64,000 nucleotides of DNA from Phoronis australis (lineage: Eukaryota; Animalia; Phoronida): the NCBI GenBank assembly GCA_002633005.1, contig NMRA01000211.1, positions 288,262 to 352,261 on the forward strand, written 5' to 3'. The first letter of the stretch is position 1. Each line of letters begins with the position of its first letter. Under the pieces are notes generated by a model. That model was not told the DNA's origin, searched no databases, and was given only the letters and a program-made list of their open reading frames with translations. Shown piece by piece: positions 37,101 to 52,100 of the stretch. The position numbers and the translations under genes are program-made.

Positions 37101-40100
37101 AAGAGAGGTGTCTAGACTCCAGGCTCATAATACCTGATCGCTACTGATGCAGGGTAATGACCTAGGCATTGATGTGAATGTGTCATTTACCAGAGGGTTG
37201 AATAACCACATGACTGGAAGGCTTTTCCATTAGTTTCATTTTAGTTGCGTTACCCAGTGGGAGCTTCTGGACGCTTGTTCCCTAGCTACTTGTATTTGTG
37301 AACGTAAGGAAATAAGGCAGACCACCACGGTACAGCACCAAGGAAGCCGATGTAGTGTCAGTGTAGTGTATGAAAAATGATTCATACAAAATTTTGCCGA
37401 ATTCGTATGCCCACACAATTGGGTGGAGTTCAACTCTGTTGGAAAGCAGGTGCTGGTGTACTTTGGATGCTTTGTGTGGGAGAGGTTGATGGTGTTCTAT
37501 CAGACATGATGACATCATGGCTGGTTTTATCATTTTGGATATCAAAATTGTAGTGCTGTGCTAATTTCATGAAAGTCACTTGTTATAAGCTTGTAGTGGC
37601 CATAGTTAGGCGTACTTAAAACCGTGGTTTCATTTTCACCTAAACATAATGTTTTCTAGTTCAAAGTCAGAGTTGTTAGACTTTCCTTAGGGGGACCAAA
37701 ATATCTATTAATCTTGCTTTGAATATTCTTTTTCTGATTGTCAGTATGATATCAATTTAAGAATAGTATCATTTTTTATTCTGGAAAACAATTTTTTAGA
37801 CATTACCTTGCGACGTGTCTCATACATGTAGGTGGACTACCCAATCATCATTAGTCATCGCTGTGTGACACCCTATTTGTCAGATACTTGCAAGGATTTT
37901 GTTACCAAGCAACAATATTCATTCATGGCAAACCTATTAAACTAAAATTCATTAATATTTATGCGTGTCACATAGTTAATTGTTTAGGGTTCTTCCATAG
38001 CATAATAAAATAATATGTGCTTATTTGCAAGTCTGTCCCACCCTCGTCTGAACTGATAGATATTGATTTATTGAAATTAGCTTGCAATCTAATTACCATG
38101 TATCAATAGTTAGGGAACTGTGGCTGTCATAGAGTGCAATTTCTGTGCGTGGCTTGTGGAGCTTAACATTACTAGAGTGGTGTAGTAATTTGTATTAATT
38201 ACATTAATATCCTTCTGTTAAATGAATTGTTAGGATATGCAAGTTTTGCATTCTGCTTTCACATTTTCAATAAGCTTTTCTAGTCGTGTTAAGGATTATC
38301 CGAGTTGAATCAAAAAGAACCTAGAGGATTGGATAACTATGGGATGAAATTTTTGATAATGCGTATTTTAAAATCATACTTCATTCTTCATTCAGTATTG
38401 CGTGGCCCCATTTTAAAAATGGTTGACTAAATGTTTCTACATGCCTGTGTTTCAGATGTCTGATTTTTCTTGTGTTTAGGTAAACAGGAGAGTAGACTAC
38501 ACCTATTTGTGTGAAATTATCTGCATTGCTAGTCCAGGTGTACTCAGTCAGCCACTCATTCAAAAGGAAGAAGAATGTTGACAGCTGTTTGGATAGAAAT
38601 GGCCATAGGTCGTTGAACACCATGTATTTTTAAGTCCCTACATGCTTAAGTAGTCCAGGAATCTTAATGCACAGTTGGGGTGAGCTGTTACATTAACCCC
38701 TGACCACAGCTTATGGTACCAGATAGATTTCATGTATCAGAAGGTAAAAGTGGCTTGAACCCCCCCNCCCTCCCCGCTTTAAAACCAACTTTTGATTTAG
38801 ACAACTTACCATTAAGAAATTTAAGAATTTAAGTCAAATTGCTCCTTAGTCAAATAGGACAGGATTTTAGGGTTTCGAAACAACAGGCAGTTTGTTGCTA
38901 ATTGCAATCAGGCGCTATAGGTTGGTTTGTTGTGCGAGTGTGGTCTCAGTGAATACAGAAATGTCACTTCTTTGGTGGCTGGTGTCTTGTAATAGTAGTA
39001 TAAGCAAGACTAAGCCTGCAGTGTTGTTTGATAATTCAGTCCTGTAGTCACTGCAAATACTCTTAGCAGAGCAAATCAGAGAATTTGAATGTATTTGATA
39101 AAATGTGCCTGAGTTAATTAGTATGGATTGTGTTAATTACTTTGCTAATTTAGAATGACAAAGATTGTTGTTAGACAATAGAGTCTCAAGGCTTATATGT
39201 GACTCCTCTAATTGTTTGTTTCAAGGGTTACTTTGCTTGGTGCAATGACCACTGACTGTTTCTCTCAACCTGCCCCCCCCCTCTGCTTCCAGACACTGTG
39301 TAACTGTGTAACATCTGCGTCACTGTGTAGGAGGAAATGATAGTATTAACCATGGGGTATTTGTTATACCTCATGTGCTGTGGCAATGCTATCAAATGAC
39401 GCGTCCTGTCACATTAAAATTTGCATAGCATTGTATAATCAAGTCCCTCTGAGCCATCAGAAATGTTTGCTCACTCTTGCTAAGGAGCTTACTAGTAATA
39501 TTTGCCTATAGTCTGGCATTAGCCTGATTTAACATCAGTTCCTTTGACTGTTGATCACTCCCATCCTGGCTGTTAGCTATACTCTAGATATTGATAAGGG
39601 ACTTGGGCAAATATCTCAAATAATATTTTGAAAGACCTATTCAAGGCCTGGATCAAGAGGCTCCTCTGTCTCTCATTTTTGTCCAGTTCTGCAGAAGTAT
39701 TTGGCAGTTATTGAATATTTGTCATAGCCTTTCCAGAAGTTATGCAATGTGGCAATTAACAAGTTTTGTTATCAAGATTACATTACCTAGATTTTATTTA
39801 TTGCTAGTATGTAATATTACGGCAGTTGGCTTTGAAGAAGCCTTTATGATTTTTGTTCATTTTAATACTGATATAGAATGCCTAGGTAACTTCTCAATCC
39901 ATGGCTTAAATAAATCTAATTTTATGATAAGATAAACCTGAAATTAAACAATTGTTTCAGTTGACAGTAGACACTGATGAGTAATAAAACAGGGTGTATT
40001 CAACATTTCCTAGGGTACCTCCCAGTTTCTGGAGGGGCATTTTTAGTGAGTGCATATTTTAACGTTAGGATGGGCTCAAAGGTTGTTGTGTGGGTGGAGA

Positions 40101-43100
40101 GCAGTTCTGTTAGTTCGTGCAAACTGTGTGGGCTGTGCCTGACAATATAAGCATATTGTTCATAATTAGGGGTTCATTGGTCAAATTACTTGTCACAGAT
40201 CAACCAGACCTATTTTTCACTGTCTCTCAAGGTTGTTTTTTTCACCAATTGGCTGTGATCTACGTGATCGTTTTCCATACTGTTTTCAGAACTGGTTTGT
40301 GGTGTTGCAATCTTAACATGAGTTGTGGTGGAAGTCGCCAGTGATTCACACCGTGTGATTCAATCAACCCACGCTGATGGCTTGATGTTCTGTTTTTTAC
40401 AGGCAAATATGTGCAGTGTTGTTTTGTCTTGGATACTGACTTATTTTTGAAGTATTTCTCATGTGATGGTGCGTGTTATATAAAGATTATGCTCCGCTCT
40501 GACTTCATTACTCAGCATGTTGAACGAACAGAAGTTCCTGGTAGCTGACGACAATCTGTGACTATTGACATCCTGGTGGAATATATAAACTTCCCTGCCA
40601 TGAGGAAGGAATACCAAGGCTTCAGTGCTTCAGTATAGTATGTCAATAGTGCTTGATATTTTCTGAATGAAAGTTAGCATTACGTTGCACATAGCCATTT
40701 GTGTTTGTGATCGTGGACAAATTTATGAATGTTAATAGTATAATCTTTGCTGTCAATTGTTCACTAGAACATTGGGTTGTTTTAGTAATGTTTCATTCAT
40801 TCGTAATTCCATGATTTTCAAATATAAATATGTGCAGAGCCTTCTTCAGTGCTTTGTTGTACATTCTGTACAGGTAGTGTGGATTGATTAAACAGTTGAA
40901 GATAAAAACAGGCGACTTAATTTGTTTTCTCATTTGCTCAAGCAGGTTATGTCCACAACATCTGTTATTTCAATATTTTCTTAAGTTAAATTTTCTCACA
41001 CAATTTGTTCATCACATACTAGATATAGCACTTATTAGAAAACCATATGTCTTTCTCGTGTATTGGGGGTGTATGATCTTCGGATTTATTTTGTGCATGT
41101 GGAAAAGTTAATATTTGGTATTAGATTATTTTTGTTTTATTTTGTCTGGCATCAGATCCTTTAAAGCGGCTATAAACTCGCATTCCGTCAAAGGAGCAAA
41201 CTTTTGATTTAGACCACTCACCATTAAGTAAGTGGTCTCAAATTGCTCAGATGGGAAGTGATTTTCTGGGTTTACAAAGATTTGACAGTTTGTTATTCCT
41301 TGAGATTGTGCTCTGGTGGTGACAAGCCAAGTTGTAGTGCCTGGTCTCGTGCAGTTCTTTGGAAGCCCTGATATTGGCAATTTGACTAATGAGCAATTTG
41401 AGACCAATTTCATAAGGGTAAGTGGCCCAAATTAAAAGTTTGTTTTTTGTAATCGAAGTTGAGTTTATTGGCTCTTTAACTATATTGGGAGTAATTTTCA
41501 GAATGTTGACCTCAAATCAGATTGCTCTCCAGAGTTTTGTACATTACGGATTACTAGGGTAACCCTTCCACTTTCTTGGCATTTCTGTGAATAGGTGAGA
41601 TTGAGGTGAGGGGTTACAGGTTATTTTTGGCTAGTCTTTCTGTAAGAGGAATCGTTCTGATTTTTGCAATACATAATCTTTCCAAGTTTATTGAGATCAC
41701 AGTGAAGTTAGAAAAAACACGGTAACATTACTGCTTGCCTAAACTACCTTAATACTAAACGCATCATTGTGATAGTATTGAATAACTAAGTAGGGTATCA
41801 ATTAATTAATCCTGGTCTTTTTTCAGTTTTAGGATATTGAATTTTCTTAGAAAAGTTTGACATCCTCTTGATCTTGTAATTGATGGAATATTTTCTTTTG
41901 GCAACGAGTAATTCCAGAATTTGCAACATCTCTAATTTTTGCGTTCTTCATGACCAGAATTATTGATGTGATTCTAAATTTTGAGCAAAAAATACTCTCT
42001 GTCATAAATAGTCCTTTTTATGATGTCGAGAAGGTCAGGTAGAAATTTATGGGTTATCACCACTGCTGACATCTGGTGTCTGAACATGATTGTGTTTTGT
42101 TTGTTGCAATGGGGTGATTTGCCACTATACATTTCCTTTACAATCTTGCCTGCTAACTGGAGAAACACAGGGAATATTCACTCTGTAACTAATATTGCTG
42201 TATTATTTAATGTATGTGGTTATTTTCCGTATGCTATTCAATGTCAGTGAGTGAAGCTGGTTGGTCTTTGAAAACATGTCATTTCTATAATACTATAGTA
42301 ATTTTCACATAGGTACCATCATCCATGGTAATTTTTTACTGGAATACAATGCTCTCCCATTTGTCACAGCTGCCGCATTCATCTGTTGGAGGCCTGACAC
42401 TCAACTTAGCTTGATATTATGTTCTCTTCTTGGTTTTTGTGAAAAGTGTATTAATTTTATTCTTCCATACAAAGTATGGTATCTGACAGTATGTGTTACG
42501 GTAACGAAATTTGAAATTTTTAGGCAGTTCTTTTTAACGCATTATTAAATGAATGTGAGCTGAAAATTTTTGGAGTATGAGAATTTTCTTTGGGAATATG
42601 CGTGCGTGATCTGTTAGAGCCAAGATCTTTCTAAATTATTTGTTTCAGTGAAAACCAGACTTTTTGTTAAAGAGTTATTTTTCCATAAAAACCCATGTTC
42701 ATTGTATGACGTAGCCTGCAAAGAGGCAAAACACTTGTAGTCCAGAAGTATCTATGTGAAAGTATGAACATTTTTACGCTCAGATGACACTGATCCCTGT
42801 GCTTGTTTCAAACCACTTGTCATTGACAATCTCGCATGGCTAATTGAGCTCACTATCCAATTGTGTTGATTCAGCTCACCCACCAGCACAGGTGGATAAG
42901 TCACTTTTAATGCATACAGATGACCACAGACAGATCAGCATGTCAATGTTCTCATCAGTGCACTTGTCATTCATGCTGTCTGATGTGTAGGTCAGGATTG
43001 TCTGTGTTGTGAAGTATCAACAGTACTAAGAGTTGTGACCGAGTTCCCTGTGTTGAGAAGGTCTACAGAAGATAGAATCTAAGCTGTTGGTAGTGTACAT

Positions 43101-46100
43101 TGCTACCTACCCAAGATATTTAGGTTATTCAGTTGCCTGGCTGGCTGTTTGTTTTCATGTGTAATTTTAACTGAAATAACAAGATGCATTAGCAGAAGGT
43201 CTGACTCACTGATATTGCTGAGGAAAATTCTTGATATGTGCTCTTGACCTTCTAAAGTACTTTGGCACCTTCCATGTGATTGCGCAATCTTCACCACATG
43301 GTGAGTAAGCCCTTATGGGAGGCAAAACTGTTCTTCTGGCTGTATGAAGTTTCTAGGTTCCTATTTAGTGTTCCTTATACCCAGTATACGACAGGTCCAT
43401 CTGGACACTTGTGTTGCTGCATATTTGGTCTGTATTTGCGTCTTACCTGTACAGCATTAGGCAGTACTGTAGTCTCTAATACTGTCAGGTAAAGATGTCT
43501 GTACTGGTCAGTTATCAACAAGGTCTCGCATCCACTTGCGTCCACTAGCTTTTTTCATACAGCTAAGTTTGCATGGCTGTTTCGTTCTTATTAAATTTTC
43601 TTCGTTTCATGGCTTTCAAGTTTCTGAAGGATCAGTGTCCGGTTTCAGTGTTACGAGGTTTGCTAAAGAAAGCTACACGTTTGTGATCGTGTTAGGTGTC
43701 TACTTGTAGTATGGTGAAATCTTGTCAGCTTAGGACACAGCATGGCTGACAGGTGAACTTTGATTTTATTTTTTCAATTAAAGATATCTAGCACCAAAAT
43801 GAACAGTCTTCCATCTATACCTTAAATTACCATCAAACAATATTTTGAAAAACTGGGTATTCATAGAAAGTTTGCTGGCTTTGAAAGAGAAGGTTTGGCT
43901 GTTATTTTGGTCAGAAATTAAGTTGGTGAGACTTCACTATAGTTTAACATTTTAATTAGTTTTAATGTAGTCACAGAATTGTATGTTGAGCCTGTGTTGT
44001 TTGGCTTGATCTTGACTTTTTATACAACATGGAGATATCTTAATTTAGAAACAACTGTAATGTACTCCATGTGTGTTTGTTTTTTCTGATGGAAGCAAAG
44101 TTTGCTTGCATTTATATAGTGAGAGGGCTTGACTTTTAATATTGAAACCATATCAGACATACTTTTATGAGGAGATAGTTTTTGTACAGCAACCAGTTAT
44201 TGCATTTCTTGGGTAAAAATTTCATGGTATATGGCCTATGATTCTTTTGTCAAAGTGAAATAAGCTTCAACTTTTGATCCTGTAGCTCAGTCAGTGTTGG
44301 TTTAAGAGCAAAAAGCTAGTTCATCAAAATTAGGTGTTGCCTTAAATTCACGCTTGTCTTGAACTTTGAAAAAATTAATAATTCAAAGGTTCGTTCTTTG
44401 GTGAATATTGCAAAACTTTTAAAATGACTGGCAATTCAAAACTCAAGTTCTTTGTTGATAGATTTCCAGTCTTTGGCAGATTTGTGCCCATTTTCTGAAA
44501 TATTGTCTTTGATATCTCAAAAAAGTTGGATTGTTGATATGGTTCAATAATTGACATTGTGACAATAATTTTTTATGAAAATAGGGGCTGGAGTTTTGAG
44601 GCATGTGGATATACTTGCACATAGCTGCAATATACTGTTACTTTGATGCATGTGGCTGTACTTGTACATTGCAGCAATATACTGTTCAGGAGTGTAATGT
44701 AATAACCAAGTACGGTCAGTGACTCCCAGGCTCATATTAATTTTAATCATTTCATGCCCACCGTGAACTATAAATCTTCTGACTGCATGGTTCTTAGTGG
44801 TAACTGTTAGGCAGGCATTCACTTGATTGGCTTTTCTTGTATAATTATGTTAGCATTCATAAAATATGGGAAGACTACTATGACATTCAGTTAAGCTTTT
44901 GGCATTGGTGTAACGCAATAATGAAACAAGTTTAATTAAGGCTGTTCAATGAAGTATTTGATGGATAACCGTAGTAAAATGTAATTCAGATATCACATGG
45001 TTGTATTGAGTCAATGCCAGTTTTGTCATCTTTTGAATTGAATTTCGATTGAGGGGTCTTGGAGGTTTACAATGATGTTTTTTTCTACTCAAATACAAGT
45101 TTTCACTAAATAACAAATACAGCTTATGTTTCATTTTTTATTTCACACTAAGACGTCAATGCTTGTAACTTTGACGCATGGACTGCAATTCTAGTGAAAC
45201 GTCTGTGAACAAATATTTGGTCATGCTGCATATTTCGCCAGTAATAACGTCAATGAAAACAACGGGGTCATTTGGTTTCTCTGAAAAACGTCACAAACAA
45301 TTCCTAGAGGTCATTGCCACGTATGCCTCACTGTGCATTCATTGCCTCTGGGTTATACTGCATTGTGTATGTACATAAAACTGTCAGAGAATCCCATCAA
45401 AATGCTTAGATTTTCCAACTGTCCTTGCATAAATATTCAAATCGTATAGTCGTGCCTATTGTGTTTGCTTGGAAAAAGCAGGTTTTAATTCGATATCCTG
45501 GTGCCTATGTTCCATTTGTGCAAAGTGACGTCAGGTTAATTCAACATTTTTGCCTAGAGCAAGTTTATTCAAAGGTCACTGAACTTTTGCTAACTTTTTG
45601 TCATAATGGTCTAGATAGTTTGGACTACAATAGTCATAAGAATGACCATACTACATTGTGACATTCATTTACATAGTGTTCAGGTTTTCTGTGATGGTTA
45701 AACCATTCCTTTGTTCATTTTCTCAACATATGACTATAAGGAACGGGGTTGAGATTCAGTAAGCTATTCATAAAATGCACTTCTGATGTGTTAATGTTTA
45801 TTAGAGCAAAATTTGTGTTAGGGAAAGTATGGGAAGACATTAATGCGAATACAGTCTTTATCCAGTAAGGGTCAGAGTTTTTAAGAATAGTCAAAATCAT
45901 GTATCTGCATTGTATAAGTGATGAACATTCCTTTGCAGAGTTTGTGGTATTAAAGATAATGCCTTCTGTAGTACATAACTTAGTCCAGCTATAGATATGA
46001 TCTTGGGGCGTGAATCTCCTTCTATTTGTGTTGAAGTTTAAAAACTAGGCCTTGTCACATCATCACTTGCATTCTTTACATATTGAAAGGTAGTTCTTCT

Positions 46101-49100
46101 CAGTTCGCAGCTTCAGTTGAAGAGAGACCACTTTTTACAACATTTAATGATGATTTAATTTTTGTACCACAGCTAATTAATAAGAGATTGAACGGCACAT
46201 GTTGCCTACTCGGGTGGAGGTTTATGTCATTATTTGCCCACAGCTTGTATGTAGTGAATGGGAGATCAATGCTAGATATGTGGAGGTGTAAAATGCTGGT
46301 TGAACTTTCCATTGATTTAGTTTGATCAGCTGCATAAACCATGTTCTTGTGCTAACACTCAGTCTGCAGTTGTAGGCGTACAATTTTTGTAACCTCAGTG
46401 AATGTAAATCGCATTTTCTGTACTGTTTGTTTTACTAAATAAATTTGTGTTTTGTTCTGTACATATTATTTCTTTAATGATATTCAATATTCTTTCCATC
46501 AAACAGCAACTCGTCAAAGCCACCAGTGAAGTTGGACATTCTGTAGTAACCAAAGCTTGACTATCACACCGTTTGCATTCAAAAGAAAACTTTTGACACC
46601 TATTGCCAACTTGGTGATTCACTGAGTATTACAGGGTTATTCACAACCATAACACGCTTGATGGGAGTCTAGTTGAAACCAGGGTCATAATCAGTATAGC
46701 ATGTCATAGAAAGTGCAGTGTACTTTTACCAGTTGTCTCCTCGCCCACACAACTTCAATAAGTCTACACTTGGGAATTACTAGAACTTACTACATTGCTT
46801 TATCCTGGAAACCATTAATGCACTTGAACTTGCACAGCCTTTTAGGGAATTGCAACAGTTTTGGTATTAATTTAAGTAAAAATGCAGATCCTCTAAAATA
46901 TATCCTGGAAAGACATTTTCTTTAATTACTGATGCCCTTGGATCTATTTGCTATCCGTTCAACTATAGAGAGTGATGTGAACAGCCTGGCAAAAGGCCTA
47001 CATTGTGGTTCTGCATTCACTAGTGACTACAGAACGATGATGTGCAACCTTCGCTGGACCATTGATGTCATTTCTGTAGTTGAATGGAAAGTAAATGCAA
47101 ACCAGGGATACTGTAATCAGATGAAAATTGTCTTTCTAAGGTAACTAGCAATCTGTAATTTTAGTTAAGGTAACATAAAAAACAGTTGGTTTCCTCTTTA
47201 AAGATATAAGAATAATGCATTTCCCACCGTTGATCGGTCTTGTGGTAGTCTTTGAATAATATCGATACAAATTTCCCTCATCTCCATCCAAGTTATGGTA
47301 GAAAACCAGAGGGAAACTAGGCAAAAAAAACTTTCTCTGGGGAATTTTTGCTTCGAAATTTCGTTGATGTTCAACGTGAGGAAATGTCAACTTTTTTGAA
47401 AACTGGAAGAAAACCAGAGGGAAACCAGGCAAAAAACTTTCTCTTGGGAATTTTTGTTTCACAATTTCATTGATTTTCAAGGTGAGGAAATGTCAATTTT
47501 TTGAAAACCTGTATATTGACTTTGGCAAAACTCTGGAAACATTGTTTGCATACACTGTGGGAATTCCTTGCAAATTGAATTTTAAGGGTTGTCCATGAAT
47601 GTTAACCATTCTATAGTACTCTCAGTTTCGAGGAGGGGATTCATGATCAACATACATGGCACAAGTTATCCATAGGCAAACCATAAATGGCACTTATGGA
47701 AGTGCTTTGGAAAACTTCAATAATTCTGGACAATTGGAAATGAAAGGGCTTTGGTCGCAAAGTTTTGTATCCCTGTTAAGACATATTTATTTGGGAAAAA
47801 CCCTGTTCACTGTTGTGCCATGGGTCCTTCATGAGCAGAAAGAAAATTTGACCAACAAAATGGCACAAGGGAAATTAAGATATGCAATTAAACAGGTTAA
47901 CAACAAAACTGGCAACTAGTCATGCAATTAAACATTACCCGGGTACCTGGATTTAAAGTTACCTATAGATTCACTCGGACATATAGGAATCGAGCATTGT
48001 GCCACAGTGGAGAAATGAATTGGCGTCACTCTTAGTTCTGGTTTTATGACACAGTTAAAAGGTGCAAAGTACACATACAAAATTATGACCAGAGCATAAA
48101 GTACTTCAGCTATTCATACACTTGGCCTCCAAGGCAGTACCAAATGGTGAACCTTGTCTTAACTCTGACAATACCATGCAGTAACATTTATCCCCCTGAG
48201 TTGTTGCCACTTGCCCAGAAAGTCTAAAGTAATTGCAGACACACTTAGAATACCAGCAGTGTTTAACTGAGTTGTGAGTGACTTCACTTGCTCAGATATC
48301 AAAGTCACTTCATGCAGCAATAATCTCGTGTTCTTTTGAAAAAGGTTACTTTTGCTTTAGGTCACTTACCGCTATAAAATTGGTCTAAACTTGCTCCTTA
48401 TTGACCTTATTCAGATCATAACTTACAAGTCAACTTGTAGAGCCTAGTCTCAAGCAATGTCAGTTACTTGTAAACCAAGAAACTGTTCCTATTTTGACTA
48501 AGGAACAGTTTGAGACCAATTTCATAATGGTGGTCTGAAACATTTTTTGTCACAGAAGTCCCAGTTTCTTCAGTTCAATTCTACATTAACACTACCACAC
48601 ATAATTCGGAACATTTGTAGGTCTACATTGATTCAAAACCTTGTGAACGACCGGTGAGCACAAGGCCTCACGAGTTTGGGAAGATGACGAAAATTAAGAT
48701 AATCACACTCCTAGTGTAAGTAAGAGGTTTAAAGTGTTTTGTGAAGATGTAACCTCAAATTTCCATGCATAACCTATTAGCAAAAATGACTTCCCACCAA
48801 GAACTCTCGGGATCCCAGAGGTATCAATACTGGAGATCCTTGTTTGCTAGAATTGAGGTCCAGTAAAATCCTTGAAATGTCACAGTTACAGTGTCGGAAT
48901 ATTGATGATCCTAAACTCATCATTGTTTGGCTAATGCAAATTTTCATATTAGGGGGCTAAGTTTCATGAAACAACACACTCAAAGTTTGGTTACACAAAG
49001 GTTTAGACCAAAGAAAATTTCATAATTGGTTCTCGGTTCTATTCTTTGAAAACTGACAGGATTTTTGTTGTTAATATTTTCAAAAAGAAAAAATCACCCG

Positions 49101-52100
49101 ATGCCAACTGAACCGGTTGGGTATCCCTTATTTTTTCTAGTGTTTTCTGGATTCTGCTGAAAATGTTTGGTGACCTTTTTTTACGCACCGTCATCTGATG
49201 CCAGCTGAAGTTGGGCAGCATCCTTTTTTAAGCAGCGAAACCTGATGTCGTCTGTGAGGCGCATGTTTCAAAATGAGCCTGGCACAGACCAGAGCCAATT
49301 ATTCTATTTTTGGCCTTTTGCCATAACAGCACTCGTATCGGTGACGGTATTGGACATCCTGCTGCAATATTACTGAATCTGCTCTCGATGTAATGGCAAT
49401 CAACCTCTGTTTTTACGTTGTATGCAGACACCCTTGACTGTGTTCCGTGTACGCTGGACACTCGCAAAGCACTTGCAGTAAGAAATCTTTGTTTAAAGAA
49501 TGGAGACCACATAATCTATCCCATAAGTCAACAGTTCAACGCCATCGACCAATCACTCCAATAAATGCCATTTTACCTGGTTTGCTCGTAAGGTCCTGAA
49601 CATACACACGGAAAACACCTTTTACTCTCGTGTTCTTGCATGCTTTTTCACTAGGTTTGTGCATCTGCGTAATGTACTCCAGGTTTGGTGCCCAAGTAGC
49701 GAATTGTTCACAGTGAGTTCAGCCCAAAACAAAGCCAACTACACAATGTTTAGTTGCTCAAATCCCCACACATCTGAGGATTTAATTCATTTTTAGTGAA
49801 ATTGTTGACATTGAACATTCTGCTAGTAGTCCGGCCTACATACTAGGTTTCATCGGGTTTTGAAATTTTGAAACAGCTATTAAGACGAGAAGAGAATCTA
49901 TGTGCTCATTGAGTGGATAAAAGTTCTCTGTGGCAGTTTAATAGTTTTCAAATATAACAATTAGGATTTTCCACTAGCATATGCGCGTAAGTGGGGTGTG
50001 ATAAATGATATGAAAATGCCAACAAAGAACTTATGACTGAGCTGGTTTAGGAGAGCAAATTTCTTTCAGGGAAAAACGACCTCATGCCAAATCGTTCGGG
50101 TCAACGCCGAGTGTTTGGCGAGTAAGCTCTGGAACCATTAGCATACTAGGAAAGTGGCTACCACTGGAATTAGTTGGTGTGACAGAATATTTGGATTATG
50201 GGTGAAAATTCCATTCCATAATACATAATATTGCATTTCTAATTGCACTTCATGAAACTGGACGGATGGCAGTTCGTTGCTGGCATTAGTTTAATTGCCT
50301 TGACCTAATTAGCAGTGCATGGGGCTTTATAAGCAAATGTAAGAGACAATTACGAAGTCATGTGAATAACAATCATATTGAGGATTTAAAATGCATTTTA
50401 CAGCTACTATCTGCCAAATTAAAGCAAAGTATACGGGTGCTACAATGAACCTGTCCACCTTCAAGTTAAGTTTTGAATGGGGACTGCCTGATATTCAGTC
50501 AAGTGCTGTAAGTGGCCCATACTCACTTAAAGGTTACTTAGGATCTTACTGACAAGTTATGTGTCTTTTGCCAAATATCAACAACTTATGAGTTTTATTC
50601 ATAAATTCATCAATCCTATTTTTGATAGCTCCTCATGAAAAATGGAACATTTTAATAATTCCTTACAATGTTTTGGAGAGTAGTGCGTAAAGCATAGTGT
50701 AATATCTGGAAGCTTGATATGAATCCGAACATCCATTTCTGAGATATGACGTTCCAAAGTTGGACAAATTAGGACATTTTTATAGGATCCTAGATAACCT
50801 TAAAAACAAGAATTGTGGTACCCTGAAATATTTTGTGATCTTGCTAATCATATATTTAAAAAAAATTATGAAACAACCATCATAGCTATATCGATTGGAT
50901 GGCTGTGGGTGGAGTGTAACTTCATTCTGTAGTATGTATGGCCAGGAGTTAATAACTCCTTCTAACCTTGTGATCTCACATCGACTATACAAAATGTAAT
51001 ATTGGGTGTGTCTATGAGGGTTTCAAATGTGGTTTACCATGTTATATTCTTGGTTACTTTTAGGGAAGGGCTATAAAATAATAACATAAATTTTTTAAGT
51101 GCACAAATTGTGGTACTTATTCATTTGCATTTAGCAATTGAAGTAAACAAACTGATTATCATGTGTTATTCATTTTATATAAACTTATTTTAGTTCATTT
51201 AACGACAGTATAAATTATTCAATGAATATTTTGTATAGCTAGCGGAAGTGTACTGAAATATTGATGTCCATTTCTTGGGGGGGCTACTCCTACTAAATGA
51301 GTTATGAACTTCTATCCATTAAACAGGAATTTTTGTAGTAAAATTTATAGCTTTAATAATTGGCCTCACTTAAAATTTGCTGCAATTTTCTTCTAATAAA
51401 GTGTGTATCTCAATTTATGACAAATATTGTCTTTTTGAAAGATATTTTGCTCCTCTTTAGTTGATTTTGTTATAAAAATAACGTTACTAAATATTAGCAG
51501 CTCTGTAAAACTAAAGTGTTAAACTGTGACAAACATACACAATGTTGAACACTTTGTGTCTGATTGTCTAAGTCATTGTTGTATTAGTATTGTTTCTTCT
51601 TTCTGGCGTAGTCAAATTAGAAATTATTTACAGTATCTCTCCAATATAGGACACAATATGGATGATAAGTGCAACCTTATTTTCTCATTTTTTTCCATAA
51701 AAAATATGTAGCACCAAATAAACACTTTTACGTGTTCAAGCTCTGTGACAGTTCTAAAAATTGTGGACGTTCATGATGATGTACAATCATTTTTATCTGA
51801 AATAGATGGGATTTTGCCGTACCAGGGCAGGGGCAGAAAATTCAAGGATGGAATCGACAATTAGTCGGACTTCAAAACCACCCACTTCCCCAGTCTTCAA
51901 AACCAGTCGGCTGGACTGCAAAACCAAATGGCTGTTGATCAAACATGTTGTCTGGACCCAAAATATGATTGCCGGTGCTATAATCAATTGGCCGGTGATC
52001 AAACACGGTGATCAAACACGACGGCCAGACTTGCTCAGAGATCCCTTTTAATGTCTTGAAGGATTCAAGTGACATCTATTTTTTTTCGTACCTGGTGATT

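Noticed and set aside
29421-39880. Other TAATACTG seed matches (near 29421, 35644, 39863) as miR-200 paralogues
   Set aside because: The 3' portions do not resemble the family and no complementary upstream arm was found.
44282-44320. GTAGCTCAGTC tRNA-like start
   Set aside because: No B-box or cloverleaf follows; it lies in repeat-like AT-rich sequence.
47015-47085. C/D snoRNA-like stem (GACTACAGAA..ATGATG..TTCTGTAGTT)
   Set aside because: The C box is imperfect and there is no terminal CTGA D box.
49040-49780. GC-richer block resembling a retroelement coding remnant
   Set aside because: No recognisable RT or endonuclease motif could be read in any frame; left uncalled.
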